Of a stretch of 64,000 nucleotides of DNA, positions 1-12,289 are shown piece after piece (positions within the stretch are counted from its first letter, which is position 1; each line of letters starts with the position of its first letter). The DNA is from Tubiluchus corallicola. Its lineage: Eukaryota; Animalia; Priapulida. The position numbers and the translations under genes were made by a program. The stretch spans positions 744,001 to 808,000 of the forward strand of contig JAQGDQ010000020.1 of assembly GCA_030141605.1 (NCBI GenBank), given 5' to 3'. The notes below the pieces were generated by a model. It worked only from the letters and a program-made list of their open reading frames with translations, was not told the DNA's origin and searched no databases.

Positions 1-994
1 ATTTTCCCATAAACTTCTACTTTCATTTTTATTTGCTCCATGTTACTTCTCTTTGGCTATTCTTCACTCATTTTTAGTAGTTTTGTTGTTGTTCAGATTG
101 TAATTTTACAGGTAAAAAATACATTACCAGTAACCTATGTTATATCATAGTTTAAACTACGAGGCTTGCAGCATCAAGTAAAACCAGTTCTGCGTAAATT
201 AATTCATTAGCAGGACGATTTGCACGACGATGTTCACACGTCAACTGACGACAAACCATTATGCTTATAACATTTCAGGCAGTTCATAATAATTTTACAG
301 CAATAATAATCACAATAACAGCATAACAACGACAAGAACAGCAACCCTTTATGCATCAGCCTATGTCCATGGTTTTTGTTACATTTGGACGACCTAGTCG
401 TATTTGATGATGAATGTCATATTTGATACTAGGCGTGTCAATATTTGAGTGAAAAAACCTATATATTACCCTTGTAATGTTCTGTACTGCACTTCTGTTT
501 GTAACCTCTGTAGCAAAGGATTTCGTTACACCACGTACTGTAACTATACTGCATTTGGAGCGATTGAACGTTTACACCATTTACATCACGTTTGTTATAA
601 ATTAAACTGGTGAAGTTATTAATTAATACAATTCCGAAGAACACTTTGTCAAAACGTGACCAGAATCAGCATACATGTAAACGGAATTTATAAAATCACT
701 GATTTATGACTGAGTAAAACATAATCGTTCGCGTGATAATTAGTTTGTACAGACCTGGCTATAGAATTTGATTAGCAAAATTCCAAAAATTAATATTTTT
801 AAACCGTGAGCAACAAAGAAGCCCGTTTGCTGTCATCGTCACGTTAGTAATGGAGTCATAACAGTGAATAACTCTAAAACTTTAGAATCACAAACTTCCA
901 ATATACACACGTGACCCGGGGCTCACATAATGGTATGATAGAATAAGCTGGGATTGTTTAAGGGCCCGGGATAGAACCCAAATAGGCAAACTGT

Positions 995-1125
995 TCAGTC
1001 ACACATGAGTAAATAGCACTGGACCGGATATAGTCAATTGACAGTCACGAGCACTGTGCACTCTGGTCAGTCACACATGAGCGAACTACACTAGACCAGG
1101 CATAGTAAAGCGCGGTCATGCTCGG
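995..1125. repeat. Degenerate two-copy tandem repeat (~72 bp period)
   Basis: tcagtcacacatgag...cact.gacc.g..atagt occurs at about 995 and 1067. Confidence 0.7.
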
Positions 1126-2777
1126 AGACTTGGATCTCAATTGATTCAGTTTTGTTAAGAATCTTTTTTAAGCTGAAATGTGTTCATAATTTTAGTTTTG
1201 ATAGTCTAGAGTGAGTAAAAATGGTAAGATTGGTATTTTTTTATTTTGATGTACTACATTAACTATAGTTGAAAAATCACAATCAATTAAGATTAGAAAA
1301 TTAAACAGAAAAAAATCATTTACATAAAATCATACGTATAAAGTACATAAATTTTTATAGACAAATTTTAATACATTTATTATTATAATGTGGAAATAAC
1401 ATTGTCACCTTCGACAGAGACTATATTTTTAAAAGCCGAGTAGCAGACCTATTGGCTAAGTCGTATATCGCATATAATGGTATCTGCTTCATTAAGATCA
1501 GAAATGAACCTAAAGTGACAATTTTACGAATTTAAAAGAGTAGGAATCATAGTTTTCTTTTGTGGACCTATATGGGAGGTTAAAAATTAGCGATTATAAA
1601 GCCGAAATAACAGTGTGACATAGACTATACACATATAAGCACAATGCATACTATAATGTTATTTTTAAGAAAAAATCGGCACCACATGCAACATAGTTTA
1701 ATATGGAATAGACGAGTACCTAATGTAAGTTAAAAGCTAAATGTGCACATAATTGCAGAATACCATGCACTATAATACATTATATAAAACACCATACAGA
1801 TTAGAGTCGTAAATAAAATAATTTTGGTTATTCTCCCTTAACACTAACTGACAACAGAAATCGAAAGTTAAGCTATTCAATGAAAATATTGTTATGTACA
1901 TGCATTACAAACGTGAACTGAAGAAAAAGACAGTTCAACAATAATCACACACTTATATAGCACTAGTTCACAGAAATCGACCCGGAAATCATTTCTGGTC
2001 TTTGTCGTAGAATAAGATCATAGCTAAAATAGTCGAAAAAGGCTGAGCACAGAAAAATAGAGAGAAGAGAGAGAGAAAGAGAGAGAGAATAGATTTATTC
2101 TCTATTTTTGTAAATGCAACTGGCCAAAATTGCGTGATTGCACGAAATTTACGACATACTGCTTTACGTTAATGGCGTTAATGGATGCAATTACGAATTC
2201 CTGATACAGTGTTTTTCACGAAATGCAATCGGTCTTGACTGCTAGAGATAACTTACAATACCTTTAACCTTACTAAACGCCTAGAAAACCATTCCATTTT
2301 CAAGTAGTTTGGAAGCCCATTAAGTTGTATTGTTCGCAACAACTAGGCATATTGATGTATAATAATAATAATGACAACACAACACTAAAATCAAAACTTC
2401 GCTTTTTAATGTTTCAGTTGACGCTGTTGTAGAAGACTCTTGCACCAACAAGGAATATTTGTGATGACGGAAACAATGAAATAGAAAAGTAGCTGATGCG
2501 ATTTAAAGCAGCAGTCAAGTAAAAGATGATGCCCATTATACTGAATTATTGCTAACTTTTCTATTGTTACCATGAAATGCAATTTGTACGCTTTGATGTC
2601 ATTTTATAAGGCAAATTAAGTAGAAATCAGTGGAACTGAGGACGATGTTCTAAATGTATTTTGGCCTATAAATGATTATATAATACTGTTAACTAAAGCT
2701 TACCACTTTGAATTATAATGCCTACATAGTACTCATTATAATAGAAAAATTATTGAACCGGAATTACTTTTGCTGTC

Positions 2778-3061
2778 TCACCGCCTGTTTCCATTGAAGT
2801 AGAGTTTAACTATTAAGCTTGATGCAAAGGCAGTTATTATAATGATCTCCGTGCCACTGGTCCGTGTACTAGCTCTGCTACTGCCAGTCAGAAAACGTTT
2901 CGATTTGGGGTCTATGTAATTGCACCCATCTTCCTCACAGCACCTAGTACAAGTCCAAGCATCTCTGTTTGTATCTCCGCACTGCCATCCCATTAATTCA
3001 TTCACAGATAAAGAACAGGGACGTAAGGCGCACTTCTTTGTTATGCTGTAACCGGTAGTTT
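2778..3061 (-). CDS. Ly6/uPAR (three-finger) protein A, last coding exon
   Basis: Acceptor ttttcttttccag; phase 1; reads (K)TTGYSITKKCALRPCSLSVNELMGWQCGDTNRDAWTCTRCCEEDGCNYIDPKSKRF...TEIIIITAFASSLIVKLYFNGNRR*. The CCxxDxCN terminus is the LU-domain hallmark. Confidence 0.93.
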
Positions 3062-3159
3062 CTGGAAAAGAAAAAGCAATTTGCACTGCTAATCTTTAAT
3101 AATGTGCTTGGCGTAGTTAACTGACAATTTGCTTGCTTTCATCCAATTTGTTCGCTCTC

Positions 3160-3255
3160 TGTTAGTACAATGTTGATAAGTCATCAGTAATAGATCAAAT
3201 AAATAACAGCGGTCTGAGTATCGATCCATGTGGTACACCACGTGTTGCAGTATAA
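3160..3255 (-). mobile_element. LINE (CR1/L2-like) reverse transcriptase fragment
   Basis: Translates ATRGVPHGSILRPLLFI*SITDDLS, a decayed GVPQGSILGPLLFxIYINDL motif. Confidence 0.75.
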
Positions 3256-3903
3256 ACTGTACTCATTTTACATTTTTTTTCGAATTGAGTGCAAATTGAA
3301 GGATAAGAAGATGTAAATCTGCGACAAAAAAACTCGTCATTAAGATGGTCACTGACAACGTGGAAGCAGATGTGGAAGGTAGCTATTCAACTTTTACAAC
3401 GCTTAAAATATAAATTGACAAAAAATTAAAGAGTGCTAGATCTTTACTTCGTGAACGAAACAAACTTCGAATTTCGTATTAAGGATATTTGTTTATTTAA
3501 ATCAATTCGTTGTTTTTTTCGTGCATTTTCTAAACCAGTTGACGTGCCTTAACATTTGTCATGTTGAGATCAATCTGTTTTTCCTTCAAGTGCAGCACAG
3601 AGTAGTACTCGCAACTGCAAGCAGACACATATATACTAACTTTGCAAAACTCACAAAGTCACAGCTTCTCAACTGAAGAGACTGCATTAAGAACAAACGA
3701 TCACAAAAATAACAAAAAAAAACGGTTGCTTTGTGGAACGACAATATCTCCAAGGAACACATCAGATCCATATCAACTGCCATATTTTGTACATTTACAT
3801 ATATTTTAAAGCAGACATAATTTTAGTAGGTAATAATAACAGTAGATAGCAAGAGATAGATAACAACAATAAGCATTAGTATAAGCACTTTGTGATAACT
3901 TAC

Positions 3904-4035
3904 TGTGATAATTTATCGTAGTTTCGCATGTATCTGTAGCTATTTTTTTGGTACTACAATCTACTAAATTTTCCTCTTGGACACAGTCTTTGTTATCAGC
4001 TACATCCCAGCATTCATAGCACTTTAAAGCAGATG
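3904..4035 (-). CDS. Ly6/uPAR protein A, internal exon (132 bp, phase 1-1)
   Basis: tttttcag acceptor and gtaagt donor; reads SALKCYECWDVADNKDCVQEENLVDCSTKKIATDTCETTINYH; splices in frame to 3061 (A|AA = Lys). Confidence 0.93.
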
Positions 4036-4340
4036 CTGAAAAATAAATAAACTTACTAATGAAAAGTCTACTTCAACAAAAAATATAAAAATGCATTTTA
4101 TCTAACAAAAGTGTTATAACAGACAAAAGGCCCTGCTTTTATTTTTCAAAAGCCTTTCCAACAATAAATGTTATTATATAATTAAGCTGTAACTACGCAC
4201 CTGTAATTTATGTCATTTATTGAATGCGAAGTTGTTCTTTGATTGCAGTGATATCCATAACAACAGAACACTATACAAACATGACGGAATAAATCCACAG
4301 TTAATTAAAGTTTGGTAACAAGGAAATGTGAAAAGTTGAA

Positions 4341-4410
4341 AGACTGTCTGGATTTGAACCAGGGACTTTCGGCTTACAAAGCTGATGCGAGAACCACAAG
4401 GCCGCTATGG
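4341..4410 (-). pseudogene. tRNA-derived SINE head or tRNA pseudogene
   Basis: Minus strand has A-box-like TAGCGGCCTTGTGG and B-box GGTTCAAATCC at tRNA spacing; acceptor stem does not pair. Confidence 0.55.
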
Positions 4411-4479
4411 TAGTCCAAAGGTCATTAATGATAATCTTCAAGTTAAAATTATGAATAATTTAACATACAAAGCAGTTTA

Positions 4480-4832
4480 CTATGGCAACGACAATTACTG
4501 TGATGATGGTGATGACTATGCTTATAATGGCGATAATGACGACGGTGATAATAGTGATAATGGTGATGATGATAATAACATTGATGATGATGATTACGAT
4601 GATGACGGTGGCTATGATAATGGATGATGATGATGATTTGATGGTGATGATGATAATGATGATGACGACGACGACGATGATGATGATGATAATGATGATG
4701 ATGAAAGCGGTGGTAATCATAATGACAATGATGGGTTATAATGGCAAATGTTAATGATTAATGATGATGATGATGACAGTGACGACAACAACGACTACGA
4801 CGATAAGGACAAGTACGAAAAAAAATAATGAT
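4480..4832. repeat. Degenerate (GAT/GAC/AAT)n microsatellite
   Basis: Directly visible; explains the ORFs at 4385, 4460 and 4482. Confidence 0.95.
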
Positions 4833-4889
4833 GACACTTTGTCGACAGTCACTAATCACTATCATGACAACTATCTACTTTTACAAACT

Positions 4890-6500
4890 TAAGCCCATTT
4901 CACAATGAGGGCGACGACAAAATCCGTTGAGGAGAAATTCCTTGCGGTATTCCTCACGAAAATGGAACACATGGCGCATTTCGCAATGGCAATTTTCCTC
5001 CCGCAATTCCTCGCGAGGAATTCTGCTGCCAACTAGAAGCTATGTATTCTTCTCACGAGGAAAATTACCGCATGGTAGAAATATTGCATGTTCCATTTTC
5101 GTGAGGATCCCTCTCAGAATTTATGATTAATAATTAACTACTCAATTAGTTATTTCTTGTTTAACGATCAACAATTAATATATTTCAGCATAAGATTATA
5201 AGATTTAATAAGATTAATAAAGATTAATAAAATATAAGATTTTTCGCCTTAACAAACAAGCGACTTTATGTTTTATTAAAGTATGCAATTATTGTATAAC
5301 ATAAATAATAGTATACAATCGTTGTCAGTTTAAACAAAAAGCAGAAGTAATCATTATGATTTTTATTGAAATTGTGAAACATGACTCGCACAAGAAAACT
5401 TACAAGAAGTTAAAGTTCGTTACCTAAAGGTTACTAACAGCTTTTAAACGAAGGGTCAACCCAGTCCCTGAAGTTTACATCTTTTTTGTAATCGAGTCCT
5501 GCAGCAAAGCTAATAACTCGTCGTAAGTGTCCGGAGTGATACTAATCTAACTGTAAATTTCTGCAAATCTTCTCTCAAATTTTCGTACAAGGTTGCAACA
5601 TCACCACGGTGCTGTCTTATTTTGTTAATTGGGTACACCCAATAAAGATGATAAATAGTAGCACTTAGTAAAAGCATGATGTCGTCTTCGCTGTCTATGT
5701 TGACGAGTAAGGCCCATTTCACAGTGAGGACGCAAAGAAAATGACACACGAAATTGCTGTCAGAAAATCAGAAAATTTTCAGAAAAAAAAACATTTCAAT
5801 GTGCGTTTTTTTCCGCTCGTCCAGTTAGTTGCAGCTACTTTGCGAGTTGCAGGTTTACAGCTATTACTCGATCGTCAACATGGATAATGAAGACGACGTC
5901 ATGTTTTTACTAACTGTTAACTATAATTACGATAGTATTAATTACCATCGTTATTGACGGAACCCAATTAACGAATCAATAGAGCACCGTGGTGTTGTTC
6001 CAACCTTGTATGGGCATTTGAAAGACGATCAAGAGAAATGACCATGGCTATTACAAAAAATAACACACAAAATCGTCTCTTCTGTTAAAAGAGAGATTAA
6101 ATCCTTATAATTTTATGTTAAAATGTGTTAATTGTTGTTCGTTAAACAAGAAAGAAGTAATTGAGCAGTTAAATTTTAATCGTAATTCCACGAGGATTCC
6201 TCACGAAAATAGAACATGCAGGATTTCTACAGTGCGGCAACTTTCGTCGTGAGAAGGACGCATACCTTCTAGCTGGCAGCAAAATTGCTCACGAGGAAAA
6301 TCCTCATGAGGCGTCACGGTGAAATGCTCCTAATATGCCTACATGCCTGTAACTCGCAATGTTGTTGTACAGGGCGCGCGTTTTCACTGTGAAATAAACA
6401 TTTTTGTTGCATAGGGATTTCGAGAAAAAATCGTAAATTTTCTGATTTTCTGACAGCAGTTCCATGCGTCACTTTCCTTGCGTTTTCTACTTGAGAAATG
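4890..6500. mobile_element. Nested PIF/Harbinger-derived fragments forming a long imperfect inverted repeat
   Basis: 5005-5200 is the reverse complement of about 6105-6300, and 5565-5708 of about 5870-6030. TIR-like ends taa|gcccatttcaca (4890) and taa|ggcccatttcacagtgagg (5708). Coding relics YWVYPINKIRQHRGDVATLYENLREDLQKF (minus) and PINESIEHRGVVPTLYGHLKDD (plus) match Harbinger transposase N-termini. Confidence 0.75.
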
Positions 6501-8120
6501 AAAACAAACTCAACGATATAATAGCTTATGTTGGAACCTCTAGCTTAACTGCAAATAGCATTAGTTTTCTGTAAAAACTATTGTATACATTTTTGTGAAT
6601 ATCTTTAAGTCACAAATGAACGCTGTTACCACCAGATTTTATACACAAGTCTGACTGGACATCATAATGTGGAATTAATTCCACTCTGCTCAGTGGTAAT
6701 TTTGTCTTATGATTCGTACCATAAAACGCATGCACTTCATAATGCACCCAAAAGAGAGATGCTATAATGGATAAGCAATAATTTTGCTTTCAGCCACTTG
6801 AACATGGGTACCATAAACAGCGGTAAAAGTGGTGGTCGTACTTTCTATAGAAACGGGAAACCCTGTTTTCATTTCAAAGCACCCCAGAGATTTTGGAAGC
6901 TTCGAGCAATGTTATAAACGTAAGTTATCTATGTTCACCAAAACAACTCTTTACTTATAGCGGTGTTAACTAAATATCATTGCAACTACGTAACTTCGAC
7001 CTCGACAACTTACATGAAGTCCTTTCATGTTCTGGAGCAGGCCACGAGAGCCAAATATTAATAGCTTGCCACTGCACCGGCAAGCAAAGCCATCATATTG
7101 CACTTTAATTCCCAACATTACAATCGCAATGGACATACTCAGCTAGAGCGGTCCAGTCGTTAATCGCCAGGAAAAGGACGCAATAAAACAAAAACATTCT
7201 GGCAATAAAACAAAAACTCATCCTCATGAGGCGTCACGGTGAAATGCTCCTAATATGCCTACATGCCTGTAACTCGCAATGTTGTTGTACAGGGCGCGCG
7301 TTTTCACTGTGAAATAAACATTTTTGTTGCATAGGGATTTCGAGAAAAAATCGTAAATTTTCTGATTTTCTGACAGCAGTTCCATGCGTCACTTTCCTTG
7401 CGTTTTCTACTTGAGAAATGAAAACAAACTCAACGATATAATAGCTTATGTTGGAACCTCTAGCTTAACTGCAAATAGCATTAGTTTTCTGTAAAAACTA
7501 TTGTATACATTTTTGTGAATATCTTTAAGTCACAAATGAACGCTGTTACCACCAGATTTTATACACAAGTCTGACTGGACATCATAATGTGGAATTAATT
7601 CCACTCTGCTCAGTGGTAATTTTGTCTTATGATTCGTACCATAAAACGCATGCACTTCATAATGCACCCAAAAGAGAGATGCTATAATGGATAAGCAATA
7701 ATTTTGCTTTCAGCCACTTGAACATGGGTACCATAAACAGCGGTAAAAGTGGTGGTCGTACTTTCTATAGAAACGGGAAACCCTGTTTTCATTTCAAAGC
7801 ACCCCAGAGATTTTGGAAGCTTCGAGCAATGTTATAAACGTAAGTTATCTATGTTCACCAAAACAACTCTTTACTTATAGCGGTGTTAACTAAATATCAT
7901 TGCAACTACGTAACTTCGACCTCGACAACTTACATGAAGTCCTTTCATGTTCTGGAGCAGGCCACGAGAGCCAAATATTAATAGCTTGCCACTGCACCGG
8001 CAAGCAAAGCCATCATATTGCAGTTTAATTCCCAACATTACAATCGCAATGGACATACTCAGCTAGAGCGGTCCAGTCGTTAATCGCCAGGAAAAGGACG
8101 CAATAAAACAAAAACATTCT
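6301..8120. repeat. Near-perfect 900 bp tandem duplication (6301-7200 and 7221-8120)
   Basis: Copies identical by eye except 7103 c versus 8023 g; separated by a 20 bp junction insert. Confidence 0.97.
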
Positions 8121-8200
8121 CGGCATTTCTCACGGGACATTTTGAAGGAAGCGGGATGATTATGCGATCAATACGGCGCTCGTTGTGAAACCAATGCTCT
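6500..8200 (-). mobile_element. Decayed Harbinger transposase core (partly duplicated)
   Basis: FEMKTGFP (6878-6855) and AVYGTHVQV (6821-6795) correspond to FxxxxGFPxxxGAIDGTHI; FKMSRE near 8145; YIVEFVF near 6520. Confidence 0.65.
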
Positions 8201-8459
8201 TCTAGCCTACATTATTCGCTTATATGGGTTGCTGTAGGGATATTGGATTCCAAGCGTCAAGTAGTAATTTTGCTCATTTCTTAAGAAGCCTGCTGTTCCA
8301 ACGATTTTATAGTATTGTCATACAATATTACATATCGCCATGATGTCGGACTTGTAATGTAGAGTTGCACATTTGAAAACAATAAAAAGAAGCGTTTATT
8401 GTACAGTCAACGCGTACAAGTGTTACTACACTGAAGACCGCTGAAAAGCTACTGATTAG

Positions 8460-10680
8460 AGTGCGCAGTTAGATGTAACTAGAAATTGCGCGATGAAAAG
8501 TTGCAAACGGGGTCAAACTTTTAGTTGCGCAACAACCGTTTTGTAATTTTCAAGTTTAAATGAGAGCGCTGGCGAGAACAAGAATAAAATCTGGTATCAG
8601 GCCGAGAACGGGGAATTTATTTTGGTTCTTAATCTCGCTTATTTCACGTTTAGCTTAGAGAAGGCGGGAGAATCGATGTATCAAACTAATTACCTAAAGT
8701 TAAACAAATGAGTTAAAAACATCATAATGTACTTATTTACATTATCACTTCATATATAAGACATAACATAACAATATAATAACTTCACAACAAGACCTGT
8801 AAATAAAACTAAATAGTGTTAGCCAACGTCACGAAATTAACAATTCAATATATCACCATGGGATTCTTTACTCCCGAGTGTTTTTATTACATGAGGAAAA
8901 CAGCCTTCTATACGCAAGGAAAAGTCAACTTCCTTTTAATTACAGTTAGTCCATATTAAGTTAAGAGATAGCTTTTCCTCTTAACGTAGGGACCTATTCC
9001 GTCAACTTTCAGAGACGTCAGTTTTTTCCCCCAACAAGTTGTTTCCTGCCTAACAATTACATGGCTAGTGATGCGATAAGACAGGTTTACTACATACATA
9101 CTTGCACAATAAAACTACAGAAGTAATTATGTACTCTTTCTTTAAGTACTTCGTACAATTATTTATACAGAGCAAATAGTAATTTGCTTACTTCGGAAAC
9201 GAGTTTCCGACAAGCGCGCAGACATGCAATTTGTAAACAAAACACAATAGTTAAGCGTGAGAAAAAACAGCACCTTATGAAGGGCATAATTAAAGGTACA
9301 AAAGAAAAGAAAAACAAATTAATGAAGATAAATCATTGTTACTATCTCTGCTATTGTCTTTCAAGAAATTCTGTGACAAATTCAGAAAATGAAGATCAAA
9401 ATACGAAGTTTGAGTGAACACTTCCTGCGAACACGTTAGGCATGCTGCAGCTATTGCTGCCGCGAATTTCGCTCATTTTGCATTGTTTGTTAAAAAACTC
9501 CAGACGCATAGAAACTTTTACTGGAAAATGGAAGATAGGGATTTTGTAGCATTGTTGTTTTCCATGACAGATAGTTACCTGAATATGAGAACAGAAACCT
9601 AATAACTAAGAAATTTACTCGGATGAGCCCGTAAGTCGTCATAGAACTTGTAAAATTGTCCTTTCAGTAATACCTGCCCCACTACTTTCGACGTTTCTGT
9701 CTTTTTGTAAATTAATAATGCATAAATACAAGTAACGTCTTCAAGCGCCTTACCGCCAGTTGTGGGCCCTCGCAGCGCAATTAAAAGTTGTACAATTGAA
9801 AACTGCGGCAATTTTACTGGTGTACCGAAATCGAGCGCACACACACGCAATTGTTAATTGCCAGGCTGGTGCTATGGAGCTTGAAAAGTTTGCATGTATT
9901 TGTATATTATTAATTCATAAAAGACAAATGCACACCGGAAACACTTGGCCCGCCTAATAAATAGCCACCGATTACTGAAAAGGTAATTTTATAAGCTCTA
10001 TCACGGCAGACGGGCTCATTCGACTGAATTATTTAGTTATTATCGTATGAGTCCAAATAGTTTTGATGAACTGCTGCGTACTATTGGGTTGCACATTATC
10101 TATCTCGACATTAAGTGCAGAAATAAAACCATCTCCAACACCAAGACTTTTATCTTTGGTCTTCTCTTATTGCCCGTTTTGTCTGTCTTATAAGAGGTGT
10201 CTGTCATTGTAAAAGATCGCAATAGTAGGAAAAAATTCGAAAAAGGCAGCAGAAAGATTTTAATTGCTTGTAGTAAGACGTGTTTGTGTGCGCTGTTCAC
10301 TTTTCACTTTTCAGTAAATGTTTTGGTCTCCAATTTCCGAATTTGTCACTGAACATCCTAAAGGATGGTAGCAATAACAAAAAGAATTATGTATCTAATT
10401 TGTTTTTCATTTCTCTCTAATGTACGCTTAATAGAACCTTTTCATAAGGCGCTGCCTTATTCTTGCACTTAAATATTGTGTTTGGTTAAAAGTTGCGGAA
10501 TTAAAAATTGTATATCTGCACGCCCCCATTGAAAACAGTACATTACAAAATAGTTGCGCAACTAAAAGTTTGAGTTCAGCTTGTAACTTTTTAGTTCTTC
10601 AGTTATTTCTTCTCCGTAGATTTCAGTTATTTACAGATTTTGCAACAATTAGTTGTGCAACAGAAAATTGCGCGGGCCTA
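8460..10680. mobile_element. Two back-to-back Harbinger-derived elements of a second family
   Basis: LLKGQFYKFYDDLRAHPSKFLSY* (minus, about 9670-9599) and INSHRLLKR*FYKLYHGRRAHSTELFSYYRMSPNSFDELLRTIG (plus, about 9960-10090); ends gggccctcgcagcgcaatt (9764) and aattgcgcgggcc|ta (10680); 8500-8550 is inverted relative to 10540-10595. Confidence 0.75.
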
Positions 10681-11565
10681 AGCTTGCTGATATTGGAGCT
10701 GTATGAGCACCAAAAACTTGATGATTTTAATTAATATGAACAGCAGTGCTTGTGTTTTGTTCCTTTTGAACCTTTTCATTGTAAGTTCTATAATAAAATA
10801 TCAAGAAAATGAAAACACACATTTTATTCAGTCGGTTTTATTATGAGCATTACATGTCGTGAAACAATCAATATCTGGAATTTGCGACACATGCCTTAAC
10901 ATACGGCCTTCAACACGTTGCAAACACTTGTTTAAACCCAACACCGTTTGACGAAAAGCACCGTAATTTTATTAATAAACATAATTATGAAAATACACAT
11001 ATTGTACATAATTGTGAAACGTAATTATTCCCAGCAAGCTTCAGAAAATTTATGGCAAAACGAGCACTTGTGTGGGAAGATGTTCTTGCCTAAAAACGAT
11101 TAATTATGAAAGAATTTGAGAAATGTTTAGTCTAGAAATGATTCACGATGGCGTGATGAATGGTTCACGAAATAATAGTCTACAATTATTTACTCAATGT
11201 AACTCAGCATCTGCAGAGTCAGCCGCCAGCAAATCTCAAAGGGTTTAAATTGCATTTGTGAGAATTAGATTCCAGTAGACCAGTATGCCATTATAGTGTG
11301 ACGATAAATCCGAAATACCACTACCACATGTCTGCGTTTAACGTGTTTTCATTTATACGAACTGTGTCTAATTAACACGTCTTACTTTGTAAATGAAACT
11401 GAAAGGGCTTGAAATTTCATTCACATATTAACTGTTAAGAATATTTTATAATTGTAAAAAACCGTCATTTGAATGGAGCTACTTCGATTTACAAATTTAC
11501 AAATTGCAAGTCAGTCTAAAGTGACGTTTCAGTTATAGGGGCAGCAGATGTAAGGGGGACAAAAC

Positions 11566-11629
11566 CTTTTGCAACAGAGTACACGACTAGCAACAGAACA
11601 AGTTCCCAAGCTTTTAATTTCAGCATCAT
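11566..11629 (-). CDS. Probable signal-peptide exon of Ly6 gene A
   Basis: MMLKLKAWELVLLLVVYSVAK plus G, then a weak phase-1 donor gttttg; joins to give ...VAKASA|LKCYEC. TATAAA lies about 80 bp upstream. Confidence 0.65.
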
Positions 11630-11683
11630 TAATAATTTTATAATTATAAAAAATGTCTTTAGGTGTCTTAACTTGCAGTAACA

Positions 11684-11712
11684 AATGATCACTAACACTT
11701 GTATGCTTTATA
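11684..11712 (-). promoter_or_regulatory. Candidate core promoter of Ly6 gene A (TATA box plus Inr-like TCATT)
   Basis: Minus-strand TATAAA at 11712-11707 and TCATT at 11688-11684, about 26 nt apart, upstream of the ATG at 11629. Confidence 0.4.
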
Positions 11713-11786
11713 GCTTTTTTGAGCGCAGTATCACCAAAGTTAAATTACAGATCTTTTTATATTAAATCTGGCAAAACGTCATTGAA

Positions 11787-11905
11787 CTAGAGCGTTGCTC
11801 AGTAAAGCGCAGACTCCGTCAATGCAAACAAACTTAGAAATGTACGTCTAACTCTTTTTTGGCACAAATAGAAGTAAAACAGACCATATCCGCCTCAAAA
11901 TTTAA
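11787..11905 (+). mobile_element. Helentron/DINE-like element end
   Basis: actagagcgttgctcagtaaagcgcagactccgtcaa resembles the terminal hairpin of non-autonomous Helentron-type repeats and is followed by a microsatellite. Confidence 0.45.
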
Positions 11906-11975
11906 CTGCTGCTGCTGCTGCTGGTGGTGCTGCTGCTGTTGTTGCTTCTGCTGCTGCTGATGCTGCTTCTGCTGC
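11906..11975. repeat. (CTG)n microsatellite
   Basis: Directly visible; source of the poly-Q in ORF 11834-12100. Confidence 0.9.
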
Positions 11976-11977
11976 AA

Positions 11978-12218
11978 TTTGGACACATGGGTCATTTCGA
12001 CACGGGCTACTTCGACACATAGATAATTTGGACAAAAATTATCTACGCTTCTGAATACTGCGTGAAAAACACCTAGTGTCCAAATGTCATATGTGTCCAA
12101 AGTGCCTTCAGACCAGATGTCCTATGTGTCCAAATGACCTATATGTCCAAACTGCCTTGTATCTAAATGATCTATGTGTCCAAAGTACCTTGCGTCCAAA
12201 TGACCCATGTGTCCAAAT
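11978..12218. mobile_element. MITE with inverted arrays of 15-16 bp subterminal repeats
   Basis: Left tttggacacatgggtcattt mirrors right aaatgacccatgtgtccaaa; unit tgtccaaatgaccta repeated on the right arm. Confidence 0.8.
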
Positions 12219-12289
12219 AGTTCCAGAAGAAAAAGTCCTAGACGAAATAAGGACATGATAAGGAACAAAAGGTTTGGGCATCTGAGTAC

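Noticed and set aside
4385-4754. Asp-rich, Ile-rich and Met-rich ORFs
   Set aside because: Translations of a GAT microsatellite; the same applies to the SLSL and ERER ORFs at 18442-18811, 31333-31596 and 50603-50869.
8694-8796. Exon-like segment on the minus strand (tttacag...AG|gtaatt) in Ly6 A intron 1
   Set aside because: Stops in every frame; not phase-compatible as the signal exon.
12076-12258. CRISPR-like or Cys-rich protein repeat (MSKCHMCPKC...)
   Set aside because: Contiguous 15-16 bp units without unique spacers, mirrored by an inverted arm; it is a MITE.
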